Positions 1 to 14,265 of a stretch of 64,000 bases of DNA are shown one piece after another. Both the position numbers and the translations under genes were made by a program. The DNA lies in NCBI GenBank assembly GCA_043228905.1, contig JBHGNT010000004.1, positions 25,730,001-25,794,000 of the forward strand. The letters are read 5' to 3'. The notes under the pieces were generated by a model, which worked only from the letters and a program-made list of their open reading frames with translations, did no database searches and was not told where the DNA came from. How positions within the stretch are numbered: position 1 is the first letter of the stretch; every line of letters begins with the position of its first letter. The stretch comes from Azolla caroliniana. Lineage: Eukaryota; Plantae; Polypodiophyta.

Positions 1-1417
1 CACAAGCCCTCATTGGGACAATATTTTGTCCACCTCCCCAAATCCATCCTTAAGACAATATTCGACTATTTCTATGGGAATTCTTAAGGCATTACAAATT
101 TCATTGTTACGGGCACATTGCTACCAACGACTTACAGAATTGGATCCAAAGTAGAAAATAGGGTAATATTTGGTGGTATGGGACATCAATCTTTGTTCTT
201 CTCCTTTACTCAAAGGTGATAAGTGTGGTCGAGCACCCTAAAACCATTGTTTTCCTAATGTAAGTAGAGTGGCTCGGGCTCTAGTTGAAGTTGTCATCGG
301 TAAAAGAAGAAGAAGAAGAAGATAAGGCTCAAATAATAATATTTGGCCAATGATAACGAAAGAGCCAAGGGTTCAAACCTACAAAAGGCTATTGAAACAA
401 AAAAATGATGCATACGTGATGATTTACAAAAGCGTTGGAGAAAAGCGTTCCATCATGTGCAAGAGCTTTGCATCATAGAACAAGTTCGATTGTGTTGAGT
501 TCCAGAATCCACATGATAAATTTCAGTGAGTTCCATCATGGGTCTAATTAACATGACATTGAAAGGAACCCTAATGTTCGGTTCTCAAATGGCCACACCA
601 AATTATTTTTCTTGGAGAATGGGGAAACTCTTCTTGCATAGAGGATAAGGTGAATTCAATGATTGTGGGTCAAAATGGAGAGTGCTAAATCATGAGGTTC
701 AATTCTCGTGTCTCACCAAATTTTAGAGTTGCATCTCATGTTGTTGTTCAATGATCTATCGCATGTTGATCCACATAAAGTTGTTGCTAGGGGTGGGGGC
801 AATGTCTTGAACTTGAGACCCAGTTCCTAATACCTCACGAAACCTATTAACGGCCCTACAATCGATGTCGAGCCTAGAAATCAAACCAATTTTCATAGCT
901 CTCAAGCCCAAAAACCAAAGCACCCATTAAAAATTAAAATTCCTAAACTACTCCACACCCCTCAACTTATTTTATTCTATAACTACCCCCCATCCCTTAT
1001 CCACACACTCCTTAACATATATTTACGATTATATGTTAGGCCCTCTATCTAATATGCTACTTCTATAAGGAGGTCTTCAATGGATCCCTAGACCATAGCA
1101 TTGAAGGTTAGATATCCAATTGATACTTAACAAAGCATAACATTTAGGAGCTCATAAGAATCTGACATAGTGGACATCTTGAACTTCCACATGTTAAATC
1201 CCTTAGAGACTTAATATTTCCATTCATATATCAATATAGTCCCAAATGTATATAAAAACATGCTCATGTTGTCCCTTTTTTAGGAATGCCCATTATTACA
1301 TGACATTCGTTAATGCATAATAAATTGTAGCATGATAGGGACCCTTTACAAGAATTCTCATTTTGAAAATGCCTATGGTGCACCGAATTTTGAGTTGCTT
1401 TATGGTCCTCTCTCTAA

Positions 1418-1520
1418 GCCTTGTCAATAGGAGTCTTCCTCTCAGAGCCTTGTTAGTAGGAGTCCTCTTCACTAGGCCTTGTCAATAGGAGTCTTTGTCT
1501 GGGCCTTGTCAGTAGGAGTC
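1418..1520. repeat. Minisatellite, 4 copies of an 18-bp core with 27-29-bp period
   Basis: Core GCCTTGTYARTAGGAGTC at 1418, 1447, 1476 and 1503, separated by 9-11-nt variable linkers. Confidence 0.85.
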
Positions 1521-2314
1521 TCAAGGCTTGGTTCCATTAATATGATCCATACAGTTGGTTAATACATAAATGAGGATACTTGCGCAACAATTCGAGACAA
1601 TCAACACACTCATATTCATGAAAGAATTTTAACTCAGAACACTAATATATTATTGCAATGAGTAGAAAATAATGATTGAGTAGATTAAGAAAAACGATTA
1701 CAATGTGTGAAAAGTAAAAAAGGAACGAGGACGAGAAGGCGATAAAACTTGCATTTACAATCCCCTTAGATTTAGTCAGTTGAGGAAAAGAAAGTAACCA
1801 AGAAGGCAATTATAAAACCTTGCAATTATAATAAAAATTAGATTAGGTTAAGGTAGACATGAGGACCAAATTCAATAAGATTGAAGACAAACAAGCGTGT
1901 ATGACTTGATGATCCTTTGCAACCCTCAAACACATTACATGGAAGACAATGTTTGAAATCCCTCTACCGAAAACCCACATTTAGAAAGAAGAAGAACCAC
2001 AACCACCGTCTTTACCCTAAATCCCATAATAGCAAAAATTCCCCCTAAACTTTGCCTAGGCAACTTGTTATGGTAGCTTGGGTGTTTTTCCCCCTTTGCT
2101 AAATTTACAGTTTGCTTAGTCTCCCATCAATATAGACTTATATAGACTTCAGAGCAAATACATATACAATGTTGTATAAAAACCAAGACACCTCCTTGAA
2201 TCTAGTGTTGATTATCATTAATTAGGCCTTGAGTATTAGGTGAGTAATACAATAGAATTAATTTTTGTCATTTATCCCCATTTGGCTAATACATTACCTT
2301 TGATAACATAGTGC

Positions 2315-2318
<4 letters not shown>

Positions 2319-2383
<65 letters not shown>
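2319..2383. repeat. (CT)n microsatellite
   Basis: Uninterrupted CT dinucleotide run. Confidence 0.95.
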
Positions 2384-2387
<4 letters not shown>

Positions 2388-2598
2388 AATCTCATACATA
2401 TACTCTAAGTTATCTCCATTGCACATATACTTGATCATCAATAGAATTAGATTTTAATTCTTTACAATGTACACATCAGTAACTTTGAGGGGGTATGTCC
2501 TAAATGACAATTTGGTGAAACACTTTTCAGGTTTGATGAGGATCACTTTAGCAATCCTTGTTGGAACATAATCTTCCCTCGTACATGTCAAGCTAGGG

Positions 2599-3026
2599 TT
2601 GCAATGTTGGCATGATAAATAAACCGAACCGAACCGTTAAGCCATGGCTTAACAATTTATTGGTTCAAAGATAAATAAACCATTTGGTTTGGTTTCAAAT
2701 ATTATGATCGAGTTTGGTTTCGGTTCGGTTCGGTTTTGAATTTCATGGTTTAGCAGTTTATCGGTTTGGTTTGGTTTGGTTTTGAATTTCACGGTTTCGG
2801 CTTATGTGGTTTGGCTTAAAAGTTTTGAAGGTTTAAATGTTTATAGGTTTAGAGGTTTGGTTTGGTTTTGATTTATGATAAACCGATTTGGTTTGGTTCT
2901 AATATTTTCATAAACGGTTCGGCGCTAAACGGTTCGGTTTAAATGGCTTCATCAAATTTAAACAGTTTGGTTTGGTTTCAAGGCCAAGAAACCAAACTGA
3001 ACCGAAACGAACCGTGCCCATTGCTA
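2599..3026. mobile_element. Degenerate non-autonomous DNA transposon (AACCG/CGGTT-rich, hAT-like MITE)
   Basis: Dense AAACCGAACCG / CGGTTTGGTT motifs in both orientations. Degraded terminal inverted repeats TTGCAATGTTGGCA ... GTGCCCATTGCTA. No TSD visible. Motif content resembles the intact element at 39363-39719. Confidence 0.6.
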
Positions 3027-6000
3027 CATGCGAGTATCTAAATGGAAGTGGTTTTGCAATGCTTATTGTTGGGCAAGAAAACCAAACGATCTCTGGGATG
3101 ACTATGAGTGCACCATCTAATGAACAAGTCTCGCAAGCATGTCATGTAGCGAACCAAAGGGGATGATCGAGAACATCTTGGGTCTTGTTGGTTGGTGTGG
3201 CTACCATACTATTTGCCCTCCATGACTATAAATTTGGCATGGGCCTCTTGGGCAAAATCCCACACCTATAGATGGCATTTTGGCAACCGACTATTGTGCA
3301 TGGCACATGTTGCCTCCTACACAAGTTTCAAGGTTTTTTGACTTTTGCCCCTCCTGATGTCATAGGGCTTCTCAGTCATTTCATGTGGGAATAAACTCTC
3401 AGTGGCAATGAGTTCCTTCTCGATAGCATTATTGCTAGCAGTGAGCATCCCTAAATTCCCAACTCATAGATCGCTCTTGCATTAACGTTAGTAAAGATAA
3501 GAGGAGGTCATATATCATATGTCCATGCAGCACAAACCATGATCTCGATGGTTCTTATGGGCTCAGACATCTCGTCACACACAACAATAATCTCACTCCA
3601 AGCTAACTTGCTCTATGTGTCTTAGGTGTTGTTAGAATAAAGGGTGACATGGTGGGCACCTATGAATGGCATGATGGCCCCATACTAACGAGGTGGCCTG
3701 TAAGACTCGATAGGTGGGATTCATAATAGAGTATGCCTTGAAATTCCACAAATGGTGAGTATGAGACCTCAGGAAGAGGTGAGCATGAGAACTTGTATTC
3801 CCTATGCCTTTAGTGTTAGGTATGTAGGGTTTCTCCCACACTTTACTTTGGGTGGATTTCCATGCTCATAAGGGCCAATTCCTTTTGCATTTGCACACTT
3901 TCATACATGCATTGATTGACTAGGAAAGAAGACATGTTACCGTAGAAAACTTTATGTGCTTTCCTAAAACTTCATGCTAACTTCATATGAAACAATGTTG
4001 AAATTAGACTATGATATCTCCAAGAAATTATATCCATACTTATTACTAACCTTATGGTCTTAGAATATCTCCATTGTAATTCCATGGTGTCCTTACACTA
4101 TAAGATAACCAAGAAATGATAATCAAGAAATCCCGCGTTACATGAAAGTATATATTTAAATATAACCAAATTGTACCAATAGAAGGGTATATTCCCTGCC
4201 ACAAAAACGAATATGAGTTATTCAAGATGTGAACAAATTTATTACAAAATTTGGAGAGTCTACACCATAGGCCTACGTCGCAAGCTACCCATGCCATCTT
4301 AAGGACCTACATGAACGTGCCACCTTTGCTTGAAGAGGTTTGCCTTCAGGATTGTCATCTCTGTTGTAATCATGTTTGGCCCATTTTGACCTATTGAACA
4401 AAATAACATTTAGGATGGACTACATAGCTTATCCTTGGGTTTCAACCTTGTAATGTTATTTGGAAATTGGAACATACAAAAGTAATATTGGTTAAAGATG
4501 GAAACAAATTATACAAACAATATAAATGAGTTCATTGCCATAATAGGATCACTTCTTCCTCTGGACATGTTTGCTTGGGGTTCACCCCATAGAAGTGTTG
4601 CCACACTCTTATAGGATTTCCTTTGGATATATGGATGTGTGCATAGGGATTTGTCCTCAAAACAACTAATTTACTGCAACAAATCACTCCATGGTTTCCA
4701 TTTCATAAGTTTTGAAGGCTCATTTGGCTAGTTGGCAACATACATTATGCTCTTTACCATCTATATTTTCATTGATTTCTTGACCATGTAGATATCTTGC
4801 AATTGACTCCTTTACACTCAACATATTTCCAATGCGTACCATATATTTAGGTTTTGTCTTGGCAATCCTTACAGTTTTGTTATGTCTCAAAAAAGAGAGG
4901 AACATATAAACATGTTTGTCCACTTCTTTGAATGCCACAAGTTTGCACATATACAAAATGACATATTGTTGGTCTTTTATCCTTTTCCGTCATTTGGTTT
5001 TTTTGGATTTTCACCTCACATTTAGAATTCCCAACAATAATTAATGTATTGCTGAATAAAAGCTTTATATACACATGTTGTGTCCCACTCATCTGCCATT
5101 TCAATCTCGTGACAATGCCCTACTAATTGCTACCTGATCAAAGTAACATCGAATTTTTGTATTAAAATAAGAAAAGCAAAACTCCCATATTCTACATGCA
5201 TTGCTTTTGTCATCTTCATTTGCAAAACTCATTGTCCAGTCTTTTTACATGTGGAGGGCCTGCACCTGTGTCATGAAACAACAAACTAAAGTATTTAAAA
5301 GGCCCACCAGAAATGGGTCACTAAAGTTCATCATTCAATAGTATTCTCTAACATCGCAAGTACGTTATTATTTTCTCCATCTACCACAAGATCCATCTAT
5401 GTTGAGGGCATTGTTCTTTCCTAAAATAAAAGCTTTGAAAGTACATCACACATTACAAGAAGCTTGCCGTGGTTTTATCTAGTTCACATTCTCGTATATG
5501 CCTCCTACAAATATAAGATGCTCACTTTTCACAAATACCCATAAGATGCATAAGATACAACTTTGTACATTACATTTGAATAAATTTCTAAATGTCAAAG
5601 TTTTATGAAGTGTAAAAGTTCATCAAGTCATGAAAGAAACATAGTCAAAACACTTCTTACACATGTTATCGAGTTTTACTACTCTACTTTACTCTTATGG
5701 TGCAACACTTGATTATGATAAAAGAGTACCATGCTTCATGAAGTTTATAATCATAATTCCTACTATGCAAGCCCTAGAGGGACCTATTGCTCAAACAACC
5801 ATATGATCGAGAGATGCAAAGCTTAAGTATGATTGGTACAAGGATTGGGCACTAATCACGAACGGCAAAAGGAAACTCTATGTAAACTTGGAGCCAAAGG
5901 GAGGTGTATAATTCTAGGGAGGTACACAAGGAATGTGAAGATATACGAAGAAGAGACCATGAACCTCCAAATATGAATGGACAAACATAGGGCAACGGAG

Positions 6001-8919
6001 GCCCAAGCAAACCCGGGGCAAATTTGAATCAACTTGTAGAAGTGAGACCACAAATGAGGAGGTGATAAAAGTGGCTTTAGAGAACCTTAACGAGCATCAA
6101 TTTCTGATCAAATACAAGGAACCCACAAAGAAACAATAACATTATACTCGAGGAATGAGAGTAATTTTCCATTGCCACAAGAAATGATAGAAGATGAAGA
6201 CGAAGCAACAAAAAAACAAGAGATGAATGATAAAATGATGAAGTGGAAAGTATGAAGAAGAGATGAAGAGAGAAGAATGAGGGAAGTGAAGGAAAAAGGA
6301 CGCATATGAGCAATGAGATGGGGAAGAAGAGTAAGAATAGGAAAAGAAAACGTATGTAGTGACATGAGAAGAAGAAGAAGCCATAGAAAGAAGAAAATAG
6401 AACAAAAAGCAAAGGGGCCAAACTAGCATAATGATCATTGATGAATAAGGGGAACAAGCAAGGGGAAGACATTGGCCCATGTACAAAATGAGGAAGATGA
6501 AAGAAGATGACTAAGGAAGGCGACACACAAGGGGCACATATGACATTATGGTAGCATTGTGCTAGAGGTTGACGCTTTACGCATTATATTGCATATGTTG
6601 TATTAAAACACAAAATTGTCTTCTTCTCTTTCCGGATAAATTGCAATCATTGTATGCGCACTATATCAATAAAATGTCAAAATTTAGATGTCTTAAGATA
6701 ATAAACATTTCCTACCTATCAAAAAAAATTGGCTCTCAAGAAATTTTGATTAAGTATTTGAATGCAAACCAAATTTTTAAAAAGAGTTAACATGTGAAAA
6801 TAGAAACAATAATTTTGATGTTTATCATTAGGTCTAGATGTAATCCATCACATCAAATCCAAAAGAATACCTACGTTGGTGGTTGCTTTATGTTTGAAAA
6901 TCAGAATGCAAAATGCAAAAGAACTAAAAATAATTTCTCCTACAAAACAACTGAAGTTGTTCAACAATATAATGAGGGTTCATTGTCACTAGAAAGGGAG
7001 GCACATACACCTCAAAGGACTTCACTGATTGAAGTTGGCTCCAATATTGCCAAATAGTTGTAGTGGGGACATGTCATATGGAAAATATAGTAGAGGGAAA
7101 GTAATGATAAAACAATAACGTATATGAAATAAACATGTGACGTTGACACTATAATGAATGTCCGCCACTGGATTGTAATGACCTCATAGTTATCATTATT
7201 TGAGATCTTCTATGACAATCATAAAGAGATGATAAAAATGGTAATTCAAAACTAATGAACGAATTACTTTAAGTACCACTACAAATTGAAAAGCATTAGA
7301 GGAGCATTTTCAAGCATATAAAGTTGTGCGCCTTCGCATGTAATCGTGTTATTAAATAAGTTCATAGATCACGCTCTTAAACGTTAACATCAACGGTCAG
7401 ATATTGGTTAAACAAGATTGAGGCGCTAGCAACGTGCAAATGATATTGCGATCTTAGAATTCGAATATTTTATTTTGCAACAATTGATCGAAAATCTGAC
7501 ACAAGCCTTCTTTACTTGAATTACCATGCCTTGTTCGGATATAATAAGAGTCTCAATACTAAGAACCTTGAAGCATATAGCTGAAAACTATAACTCATTT
7601 GATTTGTCCCACAAACATTTTTGAGAAGGTTTTGTAATAAATGTCTTTCATATCTTCGATTTTTGGTGTTATAGCATTGAATATTGTATCTAGTTTACTT
7701 TGTATTAGAAAGGAGGTGAGAAGGAAAAGTGTTATGAATAGTTCTAGAGTGTCTAATCATATTTTCCATAGTAACTTCATGTGTTTTAATACAATAATTG
7801 AGCATAATGATTGAAGGACAAGGGGGCGACTTTTAAGTTTCTCAAGAAAGATTCTTCTTTGCATTGGAGCTTATCTTTATGAAGGTTTATGAAATGATCA
7901 AATCATGTCCCCAACTAGTAATATCTATTCTTTATGAATCCCCCATGAAACCAAGTTCTCATACCAATACATAATTTGAAAAATAAGGAAAACAAGTCAT
8001 CTTTCTCCACATTAACATTCATTTGAAAATAAAATTGCAAAAAACCTAGGTAGTAACGAAGGTTACATAACACTCTTTTCCACGTCTGTTTCTTGTGCAT
8101 ATGTAAGTTCAACTAAAAATATCAAGTTGAAAAATGTTTTTCCAATTTTACACATATACATATGGGTCACATGTACTTACTACCTACACATGTGATAGTA
8201 GGAACCTTAGATCATCCATAGTATCATACTATCATATCGAACATGATACCATGTCAAACTTTTTGTTTAATATATTTCTCCCTATTGGGCAATAGCCCAC
8301 TTTTCCCCAAAAGGCAACCTACGTTGTGAACATCATAATTGACGTTTCATACACAAAGGCTCCATATGTAGCTAGGTGTGGTGGGTGGCAAGGAGTTATC
8401 CTACTATCCCCATCAAACCCACATAGGTTATTGTGACACCTAGGAAAGCTCATAACATCATTTCCTTATAATCGATTACGATGTGGGAAACACAACAGGA
8501 AAGTGTTGGGAATTTCTTGTGCGGACCACAACCTTGACATGTGTTCCACAACAAAATCATGACTAGACATAGGGGACACTTGTTCCTTAATAGGATTAGT
8601 GAATCCACTTACTTAGTGGATGAACAATATACATACTATGTAGCAAATGAAGATACATAAATAGATCATATAGAGATGTCTACATATCCAAATACCATGA
8701 GTAGGATTTGATAGGTATGAGTTAGGAAAGGATATGCAACAACATTTGTATATGTATCCATGACAAAGAGTTCATTCAAAAAATTTAAATCTATATAAGC
8801 ATCTCAAAGATATCCAAGTTAAAAGGTACTTCTAATCATAATGTAAATGAGATATGGTTATCCTTTTCAATAGTGTCATTCAATTCTTGTGTTTGAATTG
8901 CAATTCAATCTTAATTTCT

Positions 8920-10995
8920 TTGTATTTTTTTTTGAAGATTCACCTTGGTATGAATGGAAAGATGTCCAAAGGCTACAACGAACTCATACATGAAAACACA
9001 ACCACCATACCTAGATCAACCAACATGTCGAATAGCAAAAGCCCTCACGCAACCACCTTAGAAACTTCATTTACACATCTAAATTTGGGATCCTTCCATA
9101 ATGGAGCCAAAAAATGTCACCTTAGTGGAGCATATCTCCACTTTATTCTCTCCCTAAAAGAGGTGAACCTTTGTCCACATTTCTAGAAAATGTTGTTGCT
9201 TAGGAAACACAACACATTATGCTCACTTGTTATTGCCTCATATTGACTTCTTAGAGTATGTAGAAGCATCAACCATATCTCCTTGACAAACTTAGTCACA
9301 TTCTGTTTGACTTTATGAATTACACATTTACATCTTGCCTTCCACATTACCCAAGTTTCTAAAGAAGATATCATAGACCAAACCTTGTTCTCTACCAAAC
9401 AATGGATTGGTGTAGCAAAGAGACATCCAATACTTGCCTTCCAATAGAGAGAAGAAGAAAATCAACACACTCCTTTTCATAATTCTGTATTTCTTCAGCA
9501 AGCCTCCCCATCTCACAATACCCCATGTGTACATCTATTTACCTTAAACATGATACAAAATTCTCAACACTCTTTTCCAAACCGCTCTAGCAATAGGACA
9601 TATCCACAAGACATGACGAACTGATTCAATGTGAAAATCACAACTATCACATTTTAAATCATGACAATGCCCCCACATCCATGACTCCACAGGAATCCCA
9701 TAATGTACCAACAACCATCTAAACAATACAACTTTTTTAGGAATTTGCATGGCCCACAACCATTTCCATTAAGCACCCAACCAAGAGTTTTGTAAATTAC
9801 TAGATCTGTAAATTTTATAAGTTGATGGCTCAATAACCAAACTCCTCCGTAGCAATTATCTACCCACTTTTACAGGGTACTGGAAAAATTGAATTTACTT
9901 ACCCAATATTCCATGTGCTGATATGATTTGCCATTTCCACTCACCTAGATCCCAAAGAAGCTAACCAATGGGGCTTATTCTCCTAAACACACACTTCAGA
10001 TTAACTATTTATATCATTTGGATGTGGATTGAACATCCACTTTTTACTGTTCTTCCACAATATTCGAATAGGCACCTTACTCCCTTGAGTTACTACATCA
10101 TCTTCCTTAAAGATAGAATGAAGTCGTCCATAAGGAAAAACATCAAGACATTCATGAGAGTTTTTATAACCCATGACCCCCAACAAGACATGTAAGGATG
10201 AAAACATACCATACCAACATAGACAAATTTGAGAAGGTTGAAAGGAGGACATCGTAAACACTGTATCCATCATTGTATGCATAATGTTCCCTCCCCAAAT
10301 TGCTCTACAAACATGGTTTTTTATCTTCACCGTTGAAGAAGAAAAAGTCAACAAATTCCTTATTGACCCAACTTCTCCTAGATTATCAAAATCAGCCCAC
10401 TTCAACCTAGTTCTCTTCCCTAACATTTCTCCGTTCTCTTTAAGAAATAGTGGGTTCATTATGAAGGGTTGATACAACCATTCCTCCATTACACATAATG
10501 GTAAAGATTGGACCAAATTATCATGCTTTCATGATACCCCTACAAAATTGTTGAATACTGCTAAATTGTCATTGGCAGGTAGGGTCACGGCAGGTAGGGT
10601 CACTATTGCAAATCAAGTATTGTTGGCTTCTATGTGATACATTTTGTCAGCTTGGTTGTGCTTGCGTTCGGCTCTATCACAAGTATAAAGGCTTATTAGG
10701 AATATCCTTTGGGAATCTAAAGATTGCTCATATGTTAGAACCAAAGTGTCTTGCAAAGTTGTTACAACTCCAACGGAAGAGGGTGGTTTTGGATTGATTG
10801 ACCCTCTTTTGCGATGTAAGGCCTTTTTGGGAAATTTGAGGCGGAGAATGGTTTGTTGCCAGTGGGGAGCCATGGAAAAACAATTTGAGGCGAAGAATGG
10901 TTAGGGTTCTGTCATCTACATGTGGCAATTGGAAAAATAGTATTGGATGATGGTTTTTTAAAGATTTGACTCATTCCATCGATATTTTTCGTCAA
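8920..10995 (-). mobile_element. Degenerate L1-type LINE, 5'-truncated with 5' inversion
   Basis: Minus-strand ORF2 C-terminal remnants: FRWLLVHYGIPV..CDSC..ESVRHVLWICP (zf-RVT-like) and WVMWKARC. T-run (A tail) at ~8920-8933. Plus-strand piece ~10561-10995 encodes KLSLAGRV..IANQVLLASM. TSD AATCTTAATTTCT at 8907-8919 and 10996-11008. Confidence 0.88.
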
Positions 10996-11203
10996 AATCT
11001 TAATTTCTAATTAAGAACTATAATGATAACACTTTTGGTGACCGTGATAAATTGTCAAATAGTTGGCAAACATACATGATTCATGTCATAGAACTACAAA
11101 GCTAACTCATTGACAACATAAAGGAAGAAGGCACGTGACATAAGATTAAGGGGACAAGATAAAGCACAGACCAACAATCGCTAAGAAAACATTGTTTTCA
11201 AAG

Positions 11204-11458
11204 AAACGGTGGCGAGGGCTTCACTTATTTTCAAATACGACTTCTGGTATGAAGTGGAATTATGCCATACCTTCTTTTTTATTCCATAGCTTGTAGATTG
11301 TGCTCCATTTGTTCCTTATATGATATCATTTGTTTGATCAGATGTTGGTATTAGCTTTTGTATTACAATAGAGGTGAGATGAAATGTCTCCTTCTGTTTT
11401 CGATATGTACATTTCTCAAGTAACATACTGAGGTGTAACTTTCTTTAAATAAATAAAT
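11204..11458 (+). mobile_element. Severely 5'-truncated L1-type LINE (3' end only)
   Basis: Closely matches 14010-14250, the 3' end of the next L1. (TAAA)n tail. TSD AAAACATTGTTTTCAAAG at 11186-11203 and 11459-11476. Confidence 0.9.
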
Positions 11459-12376
11459 AAAACATTGTTTTCAAAGGAGAGAACACACTTGAGGATCCAT
11501 TAGCCTTCTGTTATAGACAGAGTGCACATTTACCCAATGTTGACAACCAACAAAGGTGGAAAGCTAAGCTTGAAAAGGAAACACGATGACAAGTGTGACA
11601 TGCACGCACAAGACCACAATAAGGAACGAGCCAATGAGAATTGGTAGATGGTGCTCCAATATTTTCCATGGAACCTTCAAGCAGAGGCAAAGAAAATCAA
11701 CAATCTTTGTTTTAGAGAGAGATTTTTACACCAAAAAGAGTAATATATTAGCACGTAAATGGATGAAGATCATTGTGATAAAAACACTCATGAAAAGTTA
11801 ATCTGTTTATATAGAACTTCAATGTAAGTACATATAAAAGTAAGGATCAATCTAATAATGATTGATAAAGTGGGTTTGATATCTAAGTTAGGAACAATAC
11901 AAAGGCATCTCTCACTCATTAATTGAATGGTGGGATTTAACACACATCCCTATGAGAGAGAGAGAGAGAGAGTGTGTGTGTGTGTTTGAGCTTGTTATAT
12001 AAACATATGTGGCAAGCTCCACATGTGTTGGAGCCTCATGGTCCAAAGAGCATACCCTACTCCTATCCACATTTAATTTTCTTCTTTTTACCTTTGTTTA
12101 TGCCAAAGTTTTCCCTCCCTCGATTATTCCACATATCTTTGAGAGCCCGTTTTGTATTAATCTACATTGCTTCTCATCCAATTGCTTCCTATTTCTATCT
12201 CTAAGACTCCATCATGGTGTATTAGAAAAACATGGTTAGATGCCTAGGTCTATCCATGTGGCCATACCTTTTTCTATCACTAGACATACTATTTCGTGTA
12301 TTTTTGTACTTCACTAGAACATGGTACAAATTTTTTCTCAAGGTTGAGCTTAGAGATGTAAGTATTGGTACTAGAA

Positions 12377-14265
12377 CTTGTAAAGTTAAGGGGAAATTTG
12401 TTGCTTTGGGATTCGGTTAACTTGTCATTTGCAGGTCGTGTACTTGTAGCTAACCAAGTTCTTCTAGCTACTATTTGGTATATTGCTTCTACCACGTTGT
12501 TTGCTAGATCATTTATTTTGCGAGTGCAACACCTCATTCGCAATTACATTTGGGGAGGAAAAACAGGTCAAGATAAAAGGCCTAAAGTAGCTTGGGCAGT
12601 ATTAATTGCTCTGCGACAAAATGGTGGGTTGGGGTTGGTGGATTTAGAAGCACAATGTAAAGCTTTGCTTTCTAAATTTGAGTGTAGAGCTATGTTGCCA
12701 ATGCAAGGTGTTTGGAGTCAAATCATGATGCATAGGTTGTCTACTATGTGTCTGACAATAAGTGGAATGTGGCAACCCTCATTACAGTGGGCCTTTATTT
12801 AGAATTTTCCTTTGTTTAAAACAACCTTATCAGAACGTTTTAAATGGAATTCTCACAAGTTGGTCAGATGTTAAAAAGTTTTGAGTTCGGAAGATGCCTT
12901 TGACAACAGATGACTTGTTGAGATAGCCTTTGACATGGAATTTTATCTTCTCTGATGCAAGGGGTTTTCTGCTTGGTAGTCGTTCTCGGTTGAATTGGGC
13001 TTCTTTGGATGCATTAGTAGCAAGTAATATTCTATCATGGGGATGCTATGTTATGAATCAGCCGTTACATATTTTTCGATGCTTTCAGTTCGGGGAAATG
13101 TTATTATGTGCAATGATATGCAAGTGGCATTGGGACAATTTATGGCTTCATGATCCCCCTCTAACAATCAATTTTGGTTTCATTATTTCTCTCCTTTAAA
13201 AGTTATTTTAGGAGCTAAAGTAACTAACATTGCGGATGATGTTATATACTTTAATGTGGATGATGATGGTAAGTTGTGGCATGTATTTTTTGCATCAAAT
13301 GTGTGGATGTCTGCCAATGTTTCAGCTATTCGAGTAGTTGCAAGGTTTGCAATTTATTGTTACAATCAAAGTATAAATGCTCTGCTACCATGAAGCATTA
13401 GACTACAAATAATGTGAATGCATTGCAACTTACCAAATTTTGGAAATGGTTGTGGAGTATGCAGTTGCCGAAAAAAGTGATTTGTTTTCGTTGGTTTTTG
13501 ATGCATTATGCTCTTCTTGTTGGTGATTGGTTGAGGAAAGATCAGCCACATGCTTGTGGAATGCATTGTGGAATGCATTGTGGTGCATCTATGGAATCTA
13601 TGTTGCATTTGTTTTGGTATGTCCCAGGACCAAGCAATTTTGGACTAAGATGTTTTTATTGCTAAGGCACCATTATTCTTGTTCTATTTTCCTTCATGGA
13701 GATGTTATGAAGTATGAAAGTAGGCATGCTTCTCATGTCTTTCATTTTCCCCATGGGCACCTCTATCTCACGTCATTTCCATCTTCTATTCCAAAGTTTA
13801 GAAATGAAAATTTGGTTATCTGGCGTACTATTATGTCATTAGCTCTTTGGATAATATGGAAAGCGAGATGTGATGTCGTTTTTATTGATGCTCGCATCAT
13901 CTCCACACAATGCTTATTGAATTCTGGTTGTTATTTGTCCATAAACTACGTGGTCAATATGATGATCTACAGGGTTAGTTGATGTTCTATGGCAACATCA
14001 AGTGGACTTTAAGAAATGATGGCAAGGGCTTCACTTATTTTCAGAGACAACTTATAATCTCAGGTGGAATTATGCCATACCTTCTTTTTTGTTGCATAGC
14101 TTGTAGTTTGTGCTCCACTTGTTTCTTATATGATATCATCTGTTTGATCAGATGTTGGTATTAGCCTTTGTATCACAATAAAGGTGAGATGAAATGTCTC
14201 CTTCTATTTTCTATATGTACATTTCTCAAGTAATATGCTAAGGTGTATCTTCTTCTTCTTCTTTT
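12377..14265 (+). mobile_element. Degenerate 5'-truncated L1-type LINE
   Basis: ORF2 remnants LSFAGRVLVANQVLLATIWY..KVAWAVL..GGLGLVDL, zf-RVT-like FRWFLMHYAL..ESMLHLFW and LWIIWKARC, broken by stops and frameshifts. TSD TAAGTATTGGTACTAGAA at 12359-12376 and 14266-14283. Confidence 0.92.

Noticed and set aside
1418-1520. Repeat-spacer pattern resembling a CRISPR array
   Set aside because: The core is 18 bp and the linkers 9-11 bp and mutually similar. There are no cas genes and the context is eukaryotic. It is a minisatellite.
1-5800. Short ORFs as host genes
   Set aside because: No recognisable domains or coherent exon chains. The sequence looks like heavily decayed TE DNA that I could not classify.
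6077-6526. Overlapping hydrophobic ORFs (149, 114 and 85 aa)
   Set aside because: They are a by-product of a purine-rich low-complexity strand with few stop codons. No recognisable domain or splice structure.
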